Positions 44,579 through 55,999 of a stretch of 64,000 bases of DNA are shown piece after piece (positions within the stretch are counted from its first letter, which is position 1; each line of letters starts with the position of its first letter). The notes beneath the pieces are model-generated. The model made no database searches and was not told where the DNA came from. It saw only the letters and a list, made by a program, of their open reading frames with translations. This DNA is from an uncultured Phycisphaerales bacterium (GTDB taxonomy: Bacteria; Planctomycetota; Phycisphaerae; Tepidisphaerales; Tepidisphaeraceae), in the NCBI GenBank assembly GCA_963844715.1, contig CAWJPJ010000008.1, positions 704,001 to 768,000 of the forward strand, written 5' to 3'. The position numbers and the translations under genes were made by a program.

Positions 44579-45028
44579 ATGGGACTTATTTCCGAGTTCA
44601 AGGAATTCGCCCTTAAGGGCAGCGTCGTGGACCTCGCCGTAGGCGTCATCATCGGCGGTGCCTTTGGCGGCGTCGTCAACTCCATCGTCAAAGACATCAT
44701 GATGCCCCCGCTCGGACTCCTCATCGGCGGCGTCGATTTCTCCAAGCAGGAGTTCGTCCTCAGGCACGCCGTACTGGACCCCAAAGATCCCACCAAGACC
44801 CTCGTTCCTCAAACCGCCATCACCTATGGGATGTTCCTCAACACGGCGATCAATTTCCTGATCGTCGCCATTGCAATATTCATTGTCATCAAACTGATGA
44901 ACACCGCCAAGCGTCAGCCGCCTCCCCCCGACCCCACAACCAAGGAATGCCCGCGCTGTTGCACGAGTATCCCCCTCAAGGCGACCCGCTGTCCCAATTG
45001 CACCAGCGATCTTCCGGCAACCGCCTAG
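44579..45028 (+). CDS. mscL: Large-conductance mechanosensitive channel with C-terminal zinc ribbon
   Basis: EFKEFALKGSVVDLAVGVIIGGAF..VVNS.VKDIMMP, YGMFLN..INFLIVA; tail CPRCCTSIPLKATRCPNC. Confidence 0.95.
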   Translation: MGLISEFKEFALKGSVVDLAVGVIIGGAFGGVVNSIVKDIMMPPLGLLIGGVDFSKQEFVLRHAVLDPKDPTKTLVPQTAITYGMFLNTAINFLIVAIAIFIVIKLMNTAKRQPPPPDPTTKECPRCCTSIPLKATRCPNCTSDLPATA

Positions 45029-45036
45029 CAGTGTTG

Positions 45037-45897
45037 CTAAAGCCCGCTGGCTTGTAACGCGTTGCTAAGAATTGAGCGGATATCCCGCTTCTCAAAGATT
45101 CTCCGCCCTCGTTCTTCCAATTCGTGCCGTGCCTTCTCATCGTCCACCAGCCGCAGGCACTCCTCCGCCACCTGTTCCAGCGGCGCGAACGCCACCGCGT
45201 CCAGAATATCCGGCTCCATGAGCGTCTGCGGATATTTATCCGAAACCACCGCCTTCCCGTTGGCCAGCAGATATGAAACCCGCACGATCTCAAACACCCG
45301 GCTCACGTTATACATGTTCAAATTCAGCACGATCTTCGACCGCGCGATCAAATCGTCCCGATCCTGCCCGTAAATCCCGCACGCAAAAACCGCGTGCATC
45401 CCCTTGGCACAAATCTCGTAATACGTCTGAAGCCGCTGCCCTGTCGGAATCCCATAGAAAAGCACGTCGATCGGCAATTCCCGCCGCGGCGGAATCCGCG
45501 TCAGCGTCGGCGCATAACCGATCGGCACATGGATCAGCGGGCGCCCCAGCTTGTAATGCTCCCAAAACGGAAAATTCTCCGCGCTGTAATCCCAAAGCTG
45601 AAATCGCTTCGCCGCCATCCCATACTGCGGCACCATCTTCCCCGGCTCCAGATTCGCCAACTGCTCCAGGTTGTAAATGATCGTATTGGCGGGCATCGCC
45701 GTCATCTGGATTTCATTCACCAGCTGAAATCCAAACAGCATGTTAACCGATTCCTTCGCCACCGCGTTGGTCGTCACCGCAATCTCGTGCCCCAGCGCCT
45801 CCAAGCCCCACCGCACCGATTCAATCACCTCGGCATACCCGTAAAGCCCGTGACTAATCCGCTTCCCCGCGACGACATGCACCAGGTTAAATCGCAT
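45037..45897 (-). CDS. Glycosyltransferase-like protein (GT-B-type C-terminal domain)
   Basis: IIYNLEQL, WDYS..N, IDVLFYG, RDDLIARSKIVLNL, FEIVRVSYLLAN..VVS. Confidence 0.65.
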   Translation of the reverse strand: MRFNLVHVVAGKRISHGLYGYAEVIESVRWGLEALGHEIAVTTNAVAKESVNMLFGFQLVNEIQMTAMPANTIIYNLEQLANLEPGKMVPQYGMAAKRFQLWDYSAENFPFWEHYKLGRPLIHVPIGYAPTLTRIPPRRELPIDVLFYGIPTGQRLQTYYEICAKGMHAVFACGIYGQDRDDLIARSKIVLNLNMYNVSRVFEIVRVSYLLANGKAVVSDKYPQTLMEPDILDAVAFAPLEQVAEECLRLVDDEKARHELEERGRRIFEKRDIRSILSNALQASGL

Positions 45898-46022
45898 GAA
45901 TCCTCGATGATAGATCGACGCCCCCATCGCCGCAATTAGGCGGTTTGGTCATGGAACGGTGAAAGCCACCGGCCGAATTGACTTATCAGATTTTGGTAGC
46001 AAAATATTCGCAGGAGAACTCG

Positions 46023-46331
46023 ATGAGAAAGCCTGCCAAGCATCCTGAAGATATGACTGCGGCGGAACTAGCACGAGCGACTCGCCAATATGATGAGGAG
46101 TTTATTTTTCTGAAGACGCGCCCGCTCAACGCCAAAGAGCGAAAATTATGGCAGCAAATTAAACGTGGCCGAGGCCGTCCCAAAATCGGCGCTGGCGCAA
46201 AAAAAATCAGCGTCTCCCTCGAAGGCGACCTTCTCAAGGCCGCCGACGCCATGGCGAAAAAGAAGGGGATCAATCGCTCCGAATTGATCGCCAGCTTCAT
46301 TGCCGCCGGACTGCGGGGCAAGGCGGTATAA
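46023..46331 (+). CDS. Ribbon-helix-helix (CopG/BrnA-like antitoxin) protein
   Basis: GRGRPKIG..AKKISVSLEGDLLKAADAMAKKKGINRSELI; AGGAG RBS. Confidence 0.7.
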   Translation: MRKPAKHPEDMTAAELARATRQYDEEFIFLKTRPLNAKERKLWQQIKRGRGRPKIGAGAKKISVSLEGDLLKAADAMAKKKGINRSELIASFIAAGLRGKAV

Positions 46332-46480
46332 CTCCAGGCCGCAGCGTTCCCTTCATTCGCCGTTCCCATTACTAAGGTGCCTATCGCTAGTTACGTATCA
46401 TTCCCCGCCCGCGCCTTTTCCTGTATACTGCTGCCCAACCAACCTGTCCTTTGTTCCGTATTTCTTAATCGAATTTCAAA

Positions 46481-49400
46481 ATGCCTATTCGAGTCGCCTT
46501 AAACCATAAGACGAAGTATCGCTTCGCCAAGCCCGTGTGGCTTTCCCCGCACGTTCTGCGTCTGCGTCCCGCGCCCCATTGCCGAACCCCGGTCCTGAGC
46601 TACTCCCTCAAAGTCACCCCCAAGGACCATTTCATCAATTGGCAGCAGGACCCTTACAGCAACCGCCTCGCCCGTCTCGTCTTCCCCAAAAAGACGCGCG
46701 AACTTGATATCGAGGTCGATCTCGTCGCCGAGATGACCGTCATCAATCCCTTCGACTTCTTCCTCGAGCCCGACGCCGAGAAGTATCCATTTAAATACGA
46801 TGAAATCCTGTCGCGCGAGCTGGCCCCGTATCTGGCCTTCGATCCTCCCGGGCCCAAGCTCGCACAAGTCGTCCAGGAAGTCCGCAAATCGAATCTTCGC
46901 ACCATCGACTTTCTCGTCGAATTGAATTCCGGATTGCAGAAGCGGATCAAATATCTCATCCGCATGGAGCCCGGCGTGCAGACGCCCGAGGAGACCCTCA
47001 CCAAACTCAGCGGCTCCTGCCGCGACACCGCCTGGCTCCTCGTCCAGCTTCTTCGCAACTTGGGCATGGCGGCCCGATTTGTCTCCGGCTATCTCATCCA
47101 GCTCAAGCCGGACGTGAAATCCCTCGACGGCCCTTCCGGCGCCGACCGAGATTTCACCGATCTCCACGCCTGGACGGAAGTTTACATCCCCGGCGGGGGA
47201 TGGATCGGCCTCGACCCCACCAGCGGTCTGCTCGCCGGCGAAGGGCATCTCCCCCTCGCGTGCACGGCCGCCCCAATGACCGCCGCCGCCGTCTCCGGAT
47301 TTTTCTCTGCCGACGATGAGAAAGTCATCGGCGCCGGACCCCGACGAGCCGCCTCCCGGCGACCTCCAAGGAGGATGAATTCGAATTCGCCATGTCCGTC
47401 ACGCGAATTCACGAAGACCCGCGGGTGACCAAGCCTTACACCGACGAGCAATGGGCCGAAATCCAGGCCCTCGGCCATCAGGTCGATGCCGATCTCGCTC
47501 GCGGCGACGTCCGCATGACCATGGGCGGCGAGCCGACTTTCGTCTCCATCGACGACATGGACGGCGCGGAATGGAACGCCGATGCCCTGGGGCCGAAAAA
47601 GTACGGTCTTTCCGACACCCTCATCCGCCGCCTGCGCGATCGCTTCGCCAGCGGCGGATTTCTGCATCACGGCCAGGGCAAATGGTATCCCGGCGAATCC
47701 CTCCCGCGCTGGGCACTCGGTTTATACTGGCGCAAGGACGGCCAGCCGATCTGGCGCGATCCGCCACTCGTCGCCGACGAAAAGAAACCCAACCGCGCCA
47801 CCGAGCAGGACGCCCGGCATTTCGTGGCCTCTCTGGCCGAGCGCCTCGGCGTCGAGCGCCGCTTTGCCGTCCCGGGATACGAAGACGTCTGGTACTACCT
47901 CTGGAAAGAACGCCGGCTCCCCGTCAATGTCGATCCGCTCGAAAGCAAACTCGAAGTAAAGTGGGAACGCGACGCGCCTGGCGCAGGGTTTTCGAACAGG
48001 GCTTGGATAAGACAATCGGCTGGGCGATGCCTCTTCGCCGCGAGCATTACCCGGACGGCACCGGCGCATGGGCCAGCGGCGCATGGTTCTACCGGCCCGA
48101 GCGCATGTATCTCGTCCCCGGCGATTCGCCGATGGGATATCGCCTTCCCCTCGATTCGCTCCCGTGGGCTCCGGCCTCTGATAGACAGTGGACCGAGGAA
48201 ACGGACCCCTGGGAATTTCGCCCGCCGCTTCCAACCCGCCAGGCGATGTCCGGCCAGCGCTATGTCGCCGGCCGGCGCACGCCCTACGACCAGCAAGCGT
48301 GGGTCGAGCAGCTCATGGAAAAAGAGGGCACCGCCCGCCCCCCGTCTCAGCGGCGCGCGCCAGCCCGCCCCCGAAATGGCCCCGGCGGTAGGGGAGTCCG
48401 CCCCGTGGATCATCCGCACGGCCCTCTGCGCCGAACCGCGCGGCGGCGTCCTGCGAATCTTCATGCCGCCCCGGCGCTATCTCGAGGACTATCTCGAACT
48501 CGTCGCCGCCATCGAAGACACGGCCGCCGACATGAACCTCCCAGTCCTCGTAGAGGGATACAAACCGCCCCAGGACGATCCGCGTCAACGTGATCAAAGT
48601 CACCCCCGACCCCGGCGTCATCGAGGTCAACACCCCGCCCGTCCAAGGCTGGGACGAGCTGGTCAAAAACACCACTGCGCTCTACGAAGAAGCCCATCTC
48701 TGCCGCCTCGGCACCGAAAAGTTCATGCTCGACGGCCGGCACACCGGCACCGGCGGCGGAAACCACATCGTCATCGGCGGCCCCAGCCCCGCTGATTCGC
48801 CCCTCCTGCGCCGTCCCGATCTCCTCCGCAGCCTCATCGGATATTGGCACAATCACCCCTCGCTTTCCTATCTCTTTAGCGGCCTTTTCGTCGGCCCCAC
48901 CAGCCAGGCTCCCCGCGTCGACGAGGCCCGCAACGATCAGGTTTACGAACTCGAAATCGCCTTCAATCAAATCCCCGACCAGGGCGGCTGCCCCCCATGG
49001 ATCGTCGACCGCGTGCTTCGAAACATCTTGATCGACTCGACAGGCAACACCCATCGCGCCGAATTCTGCATCGACAAGCTCTACTCCCCGGAAACCTCCG
49101 CCGGACGCCTCGGCCTGCTGGAGATGCGCGCCTTCGAAATGCCCCCGCACGCGCGGATGAGCCTCACCCAGCATCTCCTCCTCCGCTCCCTGGTCGCCCA
49201 ATTCTGGCGACAGCCGTATAACGAGCGCTCTGGTCCGCTGGCGCACGGAAATTCACGATCGTTTCATGCTCCCGCATTTCGTGCGAGAAGATTTCGACGA
49301 CGTGCTCGACGATCTCAATCGCGCCGGCTATCCGATCCAGCGCGACCTGGTTCGCCCCCCATTTTGAATTCCGTTTCCCGCTTTACGGCTCAATCCAGCA

Positions 49401-49911
49401 TCGCGGCGTCGACGTCGAACTCCGCCAGGCGATCGAGCCCTGGAACGTCCTGGGCGAGGAACCCGCGGCCGGCGGAACCGTCCGCTTCGTCGATTCCTCC
49501 GTCGAGCGTTTGCAGGTCCTCGTCAGCGGCATGGTCGATCCGCGCCACGCCATCGCCGTGAACGGCCGAAAACTCCCCCTTCATCCCACCGGCACCAACG
49601 GCCAATTCGTCGCCGGCGTCCGCTATCGCGCCTGGCAGCCCGCCGAGTGTCTCCATCCGACCATCGGCGTTCACTCGCCTCTCGTCTTCGACGTTGTCGA
49701 CAACTGGTCCGGGCGCAGTATCGGCGGCTGCACCTATCACGTCTCCCATCCCGGCGGACGGAGTTACGACCGATTCCCCGTCAACGCCTACGAAGCCGAA
49801 AGCCGCCGCGTTTCTCGTTTCTTCAAGTTTGGCCATACTCCCGGCCCCATGCGCCTCCCCGAGGAGAATATTTCCCGCGAATTCCCCTTTACGCTCGATC
49901 TGCGCCGCTGA
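46481..49911 (+). CDS. Transglutaminase-like + DUF2126 (putative amidoligase) protein; several apparent frameshifts
   Basis: Bact_transglu_N ([13 protein letters not shown]), [27 protein letters not shown]2126 [49 protein letters not shown]. Confidence 0.9.
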
Positions 49912-49933
49912 TCCAACGTATATTTACTGACCT

Positions 49934-52460
49934 ATGACGACGGAAGCTTCCGACGCGACAGCAAGTGCGGCGCCAGGTCTGGCGGCGCGATACGTCCCGC
50001 GCGAAGCCTCCCTCGACGAAATGATCGCCGCCGACGGCTCCCTCCGTCCGTCGTGGAAATCCTTCGTCAACATCATGGACGATCTGGGCACCACCCACGT
50101 CGAATCGCGCTGGGATTACGCCCGCCGCCTCATCCGCGAAAACGGGATTACCCACAACGTCTATAACGCCCCCGACGGCATGGCCCGCCCGTGGAATCTC
50201 GACCTCATCCCTCTTCTCCTGGCCGGCGAGGAATGGGAACGAGTCAGCGCCGCAATGGTCCAGCGCCAGACTCCTCAACGCCATGCTCGCCGACATTTAT
50301 GGCCCCGGCGATTGCGTCCGCGCCGGCGTGCTTCCCCCGGAACTCGTCTACGGCACGCCCGGCTTCCTTCGCCCCGCCCACGGCCTTCGACCGCCGCGCA
50401 ACCAGTGGATCTCCCAATACTCAGCCGATCTCATCCGCGCTCAGGACGGCTCCTTTCAGGTCCTCACCGACCGCACGCAGTCTCCTTCGGGCGCCGGATA
50501 TTGTCTGGAGAATCGCATCGTCCTCAGCCGCGCACTCCCCACGCCATTCCGCGATTGCAACGTCCTGCGACTCGCTCCCTATTTCATCTCCTTTCGACAG
50601 AATCTCGCCTCTCTCGCTCCGCCCGACCGCGAAAACCCGCGCATCGTCCTCCTCACCCCCGGCCCCTACAACGAAACCTATTTTGAGCACGCCTATCTCG
50701 CCCGGTATCTAGGCTTCACCCTCGTACAGGGAAACGATCTCCTCGTCCGCGATTGCCGCGTTTATCTCAAAACCCTCGGCGGATTGCAGCGGATCGACGT
50801 CATCCTCCGCCGCGTCGATGATGATTTCTGCGACCCCCTCGAATTGCGCCAGGATTCCTACCTGGGCATCCCCGGCCTGCTGCAGGCCGCCCGCGACGGA
50901 AACGTCGCCATCGCCAACGCCATCGGCGCCGGCTTCGGCCGCTCCAACGCGCTGATCGCTTATCTCCCGCAGCTCTGCCGCCATTTCTTCACCGAAGATT
51001 TGAAAATGCCCTCGGTCGAAACCTTCTGGTGCGGCGAGGAGAAATCCCTCCAATATGTTCTGGACAATCTCGCCAAGCTCGTCATCAAGCCCTCGTTCCC
51101 GATAGGGAAAAGCGACCCGATCTTCGCCGAAACGCTCAGCGGCGCGGATTTGGAATCGCTGGCGCAAAATCCGCGCCCGCCCGCGCGACTATATCGCCCA
51201 GCCGCACGTCGTCTCCTACAGCGCCACCGGTTCTGGTGAATCATCGCGTCGAGTCGCGCCGCTTTGTGCTGCGCACCTTCCTCACCGCCGCCGGCGATTC
51301 CTATTCCGTCATGACCGGCGGCCTCACCCGCGTGACCGGCGCGGCCGACGACCTGGTCGTCTCCCTCCAGCAGGGCGGCGGCAGCAAGGACACGTGGATT
51401 CAGGCGGATTATCCCGTCAAGGAAATTTCCCTCCTCCCTCCGTCCACCGGCCGAACCGAACTCAGCCGCGGCGGCGGCGACCTCACCAGCCGCGTCGCCG
51501 ACGATCTCTTCTGGCTCGGAAGATACCTCCAGCGCGCCGACGGCGTCGTCCGCCTCGGTCGCTGCATCTTCAATCGTCTCCTCGATCCCAACTTCGCCGA
51601 CGCCCCCCAGGCGACCGATATCCTCGCCACCCAGCTCCTGGGCCGCGCCGTCCCCAAAAATCTCGATTCCGCGCAGCTCGCCGCCGATCTACTCTCCGCC
51701 GCCGACCCCAGCGGACTCCGCTCCTCGATCTACAGCATTCACAATCTCTCCGGCGTCTTGCGCGACCGCATCTCCGTCGACGCCTGGCTCATCCTCCGCG
51801 ACATCCAGCGCGATCTCCCAACCGCCGCGGCCCGCGCCGAAACCGACGGCTCCGGTGCCGTCCTCGAATCCCTGAACAAACTCGTCATCGGCCTGCTCGC
51901 CTTCTACGGAATGGCCTCCGACTCCATGACCCGCGGCCAAGCCTGGCAATTCCTCGACCTCGGCGTCCGCCTCGAACGCGCCACCTCCATGATGTCCCTC
52001 ATCCGCACGACTCTTGCCCGCCAGTTTCCCCTCGAGCAGTATCTTCTCGATTCCCTTCTCGAAGTTGCCGACAGCTCGCTGACCTATCGCCGAAGATATC
52101 TCACCCGTCTCGACGTCACCGCCGTCGTGGATCTTCTCGTCTGCGACGAAACCAATCCGCGATCCGTCGCCTTCGGCGCCGCCGCGATGGAGCGTCATCT
52201 CCGCCGGCTCCCCCATCGCGCCGAGCATTCCCGCCCCAGCCCCGATCTTCTCCTCGGCGAAAAATTGCGCGAGCATGGTGCGCCTGGCGGATATTCACGT
52301 CGCCAGCCAGGTCACCGCCGGCAAGCGCGACGGCCTCTGGAAATTCGGCGGCGACGTCCTCGACACCCTCCACGCTCTTTCCGACGTGATCACGCAGATT
52401 TATTTCAGTCACGCCGCCGTTCCGCGCCGCGTCCCGCCGGTCGAAGGAGCCGCGTCGTGA
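49934..52460 (+). CDS. Circularly permuted type 2 ATP-grasp protein fused to alpha-E (DUF403) domain; apparent frameshifts
   Basis: DRTQSPSGAGY.LENR, LTPGPYNETYFEHAYLARYLG, RRVDDDFCDPLE, GGLTRV, GGSKDTW; alpha-E LFWLGRYL.R, GVRLERA, TYRRRY, DETNPRS. Confidence 0.9.
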
Positions 52461-53350
52461 AATTCACCGTCACGCACAAAACTCAGTACACCTACCTCGA
52501 GTCCGTCCCCGCTTCCCACAGCGTCGCCCACCTGCGCCCGCGAAACACCGATTTGCAAACCTGCATTCAAAGCGAACTGACGATTCACCCCAAGCCCGCC
52601 CAGCGCCGCGACCGCGTCGATTTCTTCGGGAACAATGTCACCTGGTTCACCGTCGACGAACTGCATCGCAAGCTGAGCATCGAGGCCGTCAGCCAGGTCG
52701 AAACCACCCCCCAGCGCGTCCCCGGCGAAACCGCCGGCCCCGCCTGGGAAGACCTCGGCAAAATCCTCCGCTCGCGCCTCGACCCCGAATCTCTTCTGGC
52801 CCGGCAATATGTATTGGAATCCCCGCAGGTCCCCGTCTGCAACCAGTGCGCCGATTACGCCAAACCCTGCTTCCCACCCGGCGCATCGCTCATCAAGGGC
52901 GCGATCGAACTCACCCACCAGATATTTCACGATTTTATTTTCGATTCCTACGCGACGACCGTCGGCACACCCGTCCTCGAGGTCCTCGGCCATCGCCGCG
53001 GCGTCTGCCAGGACTTCGCCCACCTGGAGATTTCCTGCCTGCGCTCGCTCGGATTGTCGGCAAGATATGTCAGCGGCTACGTCCTCACCCGCCCGCCCCC
53101 GGGCCAGGCCCGCCTCGTTGGCGGCGACGCCTCACATGCCTGGGTTTCCGTCTATATCCCCGATTTCGGCTGGCTCGATCTCGACCCCACCAACGGCGTG
53201 GCTCCCAACGGTGAGCACATCACCCTCGCCTGGGGCCGCGATTACGACGACCTCACGCCCCTCCGCGGCGTCATGACCGGGAGCCGGCAGCATGCTCTTT
53301 ATTACTCTGTTGACGTCCAGCCTCTGGAACCCGAACCGAAACGTGCGTGA
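52457..53350 (+). CDS. Transglutaminase family protein
   Basis: GTG start overlapping the upstream TGA; THKTQYTY, DFFGN, GVCQDFAH, ARYVSGY, SHAWVS, LDPTN, WGRDYDD..PLRG. Confidence 0.9.
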   Translation: MKFTVTHKTQYTYLESVPASHSVAHLRPRNTDLQTCIQSELTIHPKPAQRRDRVDFFGNNVTWFTVDELHRKLSIEAVSQVETTPQRVPGETAGPAWEDLGKILRSRLDPESLLARQYVLESPQVPVCNQCADYAKPCFPPGASLIKGAIELTHQIFHDFIFDSYATTVGTPVLEVLGHRRGVCQDFAHLEISCLRSLGLSARYVSGYVLTRPPPGQARLVGGDASHAWVSVYIPDFGWLDLDPTNGVAPNGEHITLAWGRDYDDLTPLRGVMTGSRQHALYYSVDVQPLEPEPKRA

Positions 53351-54032
53351 TCAAGCGCTCAAGCATGTGCTTCGGATCGGTTTTGGCGATTTGCACCGCT
53401 TGCTCCGGCGCCAAAAATCGCAGGTGTTCCTTTTTTTCCGTGACGTCGCTTTCGCCGCCGTCCTGCCCGATTAAAAGTGGATCAGGCGCGTAAACTCTGA
53501 AAACCCGCATCAGCGATGACATCACCACGTCGCAGTGATCCGTCTTGTTCAAATTCCAGACGTCGCGCAGGGATTTCATGAACATGCCGCGAACCGCAAA
53601 CGCATGCGTCCGATTCGACGCCACGCACCGCACCACGCCGTCGCAGATTTTCGTCGGCTCGCGCAAATGCTGCGCGCCCAGCATCAAGCCGTCCCAATCG
53701 TCCGGAACATTGGCCAAAAATTTCGCCGCACGCTCGGCAAAATCCAAAACCGGATACGCGTCGTCCTCGAGCACCAATATATTCTTCAAGCGGTCGTTGA
53801 GCGCCGCGTGTAAAACGCCGCAGTGCGACAATTGGCATCCCCACGCGCCTCGTCCCGCCGTCCACGTTTCCGGCGGCGGCGCGGTGAGAAACCCGTCCAC
53901 CGCCTCGACGCGCGTCGGCCATTTGAACGGCCAATTATTCAATCGCCGGATAAACGCCGCCAATCGCTCGGGCCGGCGATTCAGATTCACGACCACGACG
54001 CGATCGAAATAGTCGAAAATTCGGGCGGCCAT
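53271..54032 (-). CDS. GT25-family glycosyltransferase
   Basis: VVVVNLNRRPERL, RVEAVDG, GAWGCQLSH, LVLEDDA, DWDGLMLG, THAFAV. Confidence 0.8.
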   Translation of the reverse strand: MAARIFDYFDRVVVVNLNRRPERLAAFIRRLNNWPFKWPTRVEAVDGFLTAPPPETWTAGRGAWGCQLSHCGVLHAALNDRLKNILVLEDDAYPVLDFAERAAKFLANVPDDWDGLMLGAQHLREPTKICDGVVRCVASNRTHAFAVRGMFMKSLRDVWNLNKTDHCDVVMSSLMRVFRVYAPDPLLIGQDGGESDVTEKKEHLRFLAPEQAVQIAKTDPKHMLERLITHVSVRVPEAGRQQSNKEHAAGSRS

Positions 54033-54257
54033 AAGATTGGCTATCGGCCTTGCCACAATTTGCGGTGCAAATTTTCCCCCAGAATCCCCTCAGAAATGCG
54101 AAAAACGCCGCCGAATCGCCTGAGCCGGGACACTCCCACGGTCAACCAAACCTTAACGTATTCAAGTGTTACAATTTCTTTGACAATTGAATTAGGGGCT
54201 GGAAGACTAGTCGCTCGTGTCGGGTCGATCCTTGGGCTTTTAATCGGGAGTCTGGTC

Positions 54258-54746
54258 ATGGCCAACGAGTTGTTAGTCGAGGCGTTGATGGGCAATCTCG
54301 CATTCTTCAAAAACGTAATGCAGGACATGACGGACGCCGACCTGGTCCAGCGCCCGGTCCCCAGCGCCAATAACGCCCTCTGGCAGATCGGGCATCTGAT
54401 CGTGGCCGAGACAATGATGGTCAACGGCTGTGCCGGCAAGACAATCATCGAGCTCCCCGCCGGCTTCGCCGAGCGATACGACAAAAAAAACATCGGCGAA
54501 AACGACCCCAAAAAACTCGGAACCAAGGCCGAGCTCCTCGATCTGTACACCAAGATTCGCGAAAAGGCGTGCGCCTGGGTCGCGACCCTCACCCCCGCCG
54601 ACCTGGCCAAGCCCGCGCCGGAGAGGATGAGGTCCATGTGTCCGACGGTGGGGAACATCGTTCTTCTGTTCCCGAGCCACACCGCCATGCACATGGGACA
54701 AGTCCAGGTTCTGCGAAGAAAGCTGGGGAAGCCGGTGCTGTTCTAG
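54258..54746 (+). CDS. DinB family protein
   Basis: NNALWQIGHL and HTAMHMGQV..LRRKLGKP DinB His motifs. Confidence 0.85.
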   Translation: MANELLVEALMGNLAFFKNVMQDMTDADLVQRPVPSANNALWQIGHLIVAETMMVNGCAGKTIIELPAGFAERYDKKNIGENDPKKLGTKAELLDLYTKIREKACAWVATLTPADLAKPAPERMRSMCPTVGNIVLLFPSHTAMHMGQVQVLRRKLGKPVLF

Positions 54747-54773
54747 GCGCAATTGCCCTGGAGAGCGGCACGC

Positions 54774-55675
54774 ATGTCGATTCGACCCGTTAAAAAGCTC
54801 GCGCTGGCCAAGCCGACTGTCGAAGGCGCCGGCGTGCGTCTCCGCCGCGCCTTCGGATTTGGCGCGACCGGCGAGTTCGATCCGTTTTTGCTCCTCGACG
54901 ATTTTCGCAACGATACGCCTGAAGACTATCTGAAAGGGTTCCCCTGGCATCCGCACCGCGGAATCGAGACGATCACTTATGTGCTGGCCGGGACCGTCGA
55001 GCACGGCGACAGCATGGGGAACCACGGCGCGATCGCGGCCGGCGAGCTTCAGTGGATGACCGCGGGCCGCGGAATCATCCATCAGGAGATGCCGCGGGGC
55101 GACCCGGCGGGCCGAATGCACGGGTTTCAATTATGGGCCAATCTCCCGGCCCGGCTGAAAATGACGGCGCCGCGCTACCAGGAAATAAAAGTCCCCGAAA
55201 TCCCCGAAGTCACGTCCGACAACGGCACCCGCGCCCGCATCATCTGCGGAAATTTCTGGGGAAAGAAGGGTCCGGTCGACGGAATCGCCGCGGACCCGAT
55301 TTATCTCGATGTCTCGGTGCCGCCGGGCCAGCGATCGGTTCTCCCCGTCGAGACGACGCGGCACGCCTTCGCAGGCAGCGGCAAATTCTGCAACGCCTCA
55401 GGGCCGCTGGCCGTGCCGACGGAATCGGTCGGCTGGTGGGACACCACGCCGCCAACCGAGGCGGATAACCGCGCCTGATTCTCTTCGACAGCGGCGATGA
55501 AGTCGCCGTCCAGGCCGGCGATGAAGGGATCCGTTTCCTGCTCGTTTCCGGCAAGCCCCTCCAGGAGCCGGTTGCCTGGTACGGCCCGATCGTGATGAAC
55601 ACCCAGGGCGAACTCCAGCAAGTATTCGAAGAACTCAACGAGGGGACTTTTTTGGCGACGAAGGCGCGAAAATAG
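54774..55675 (+). CDS. Pirin family protein; frameshift near 55473
   Basis: EGAGV..RR, DPFLLLD, GFPWHPHRGIETITY, QWMTAGRGIIHQEMP, QLWANLP; shifted tail GKPLQEPVAWYGPIVMNT. Confidence 0.92.
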
Positions 55676-55999
55676 CCCCGGGTCGATGCAGAGGTTTGCA
55701 TCACTTATAATTTCCGCTCAGGTATGAAAACGCGTGAAGAGGACCCCAAGCCTCTTGATTATGCCACGCCCAGGCGTGCGCACCGAAGGGCTAGCGCGCC
55801 CCGCGATGGCAACGCTCGTACGCCGCTTCTCCCTTACCTTCCACTGATTTTTGCAATGCTGCAAATACCGTGCACCATGATAATCGGGACTTTGATGCTA
55901 CTCTTATATGGAGATATGAATCCGACCCCTCGCCTTGGATCCCTGTCCCCAAGAGCCATCGTGTGGATTACGCTTTTGCCGTCGGCCGCCGGGGTTTTA

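Noticed and set aside
51029..53350. 773-aa ATP-grasp/alpha-E/transglutaminase triple fusion
   Set aside because: A frameshift near 52268; the repaired alpha-E ends at 52460, overlapping the GTG start at 52457.
55355..55385. Apparent short in-frame deletion in pirin (HAFAGSG vs remembered HAFAYVFAGSG)
   Set aside because: This relies on recalled homolog sequence and could be a consensus collapse between short repeats; it cannot be verified here.
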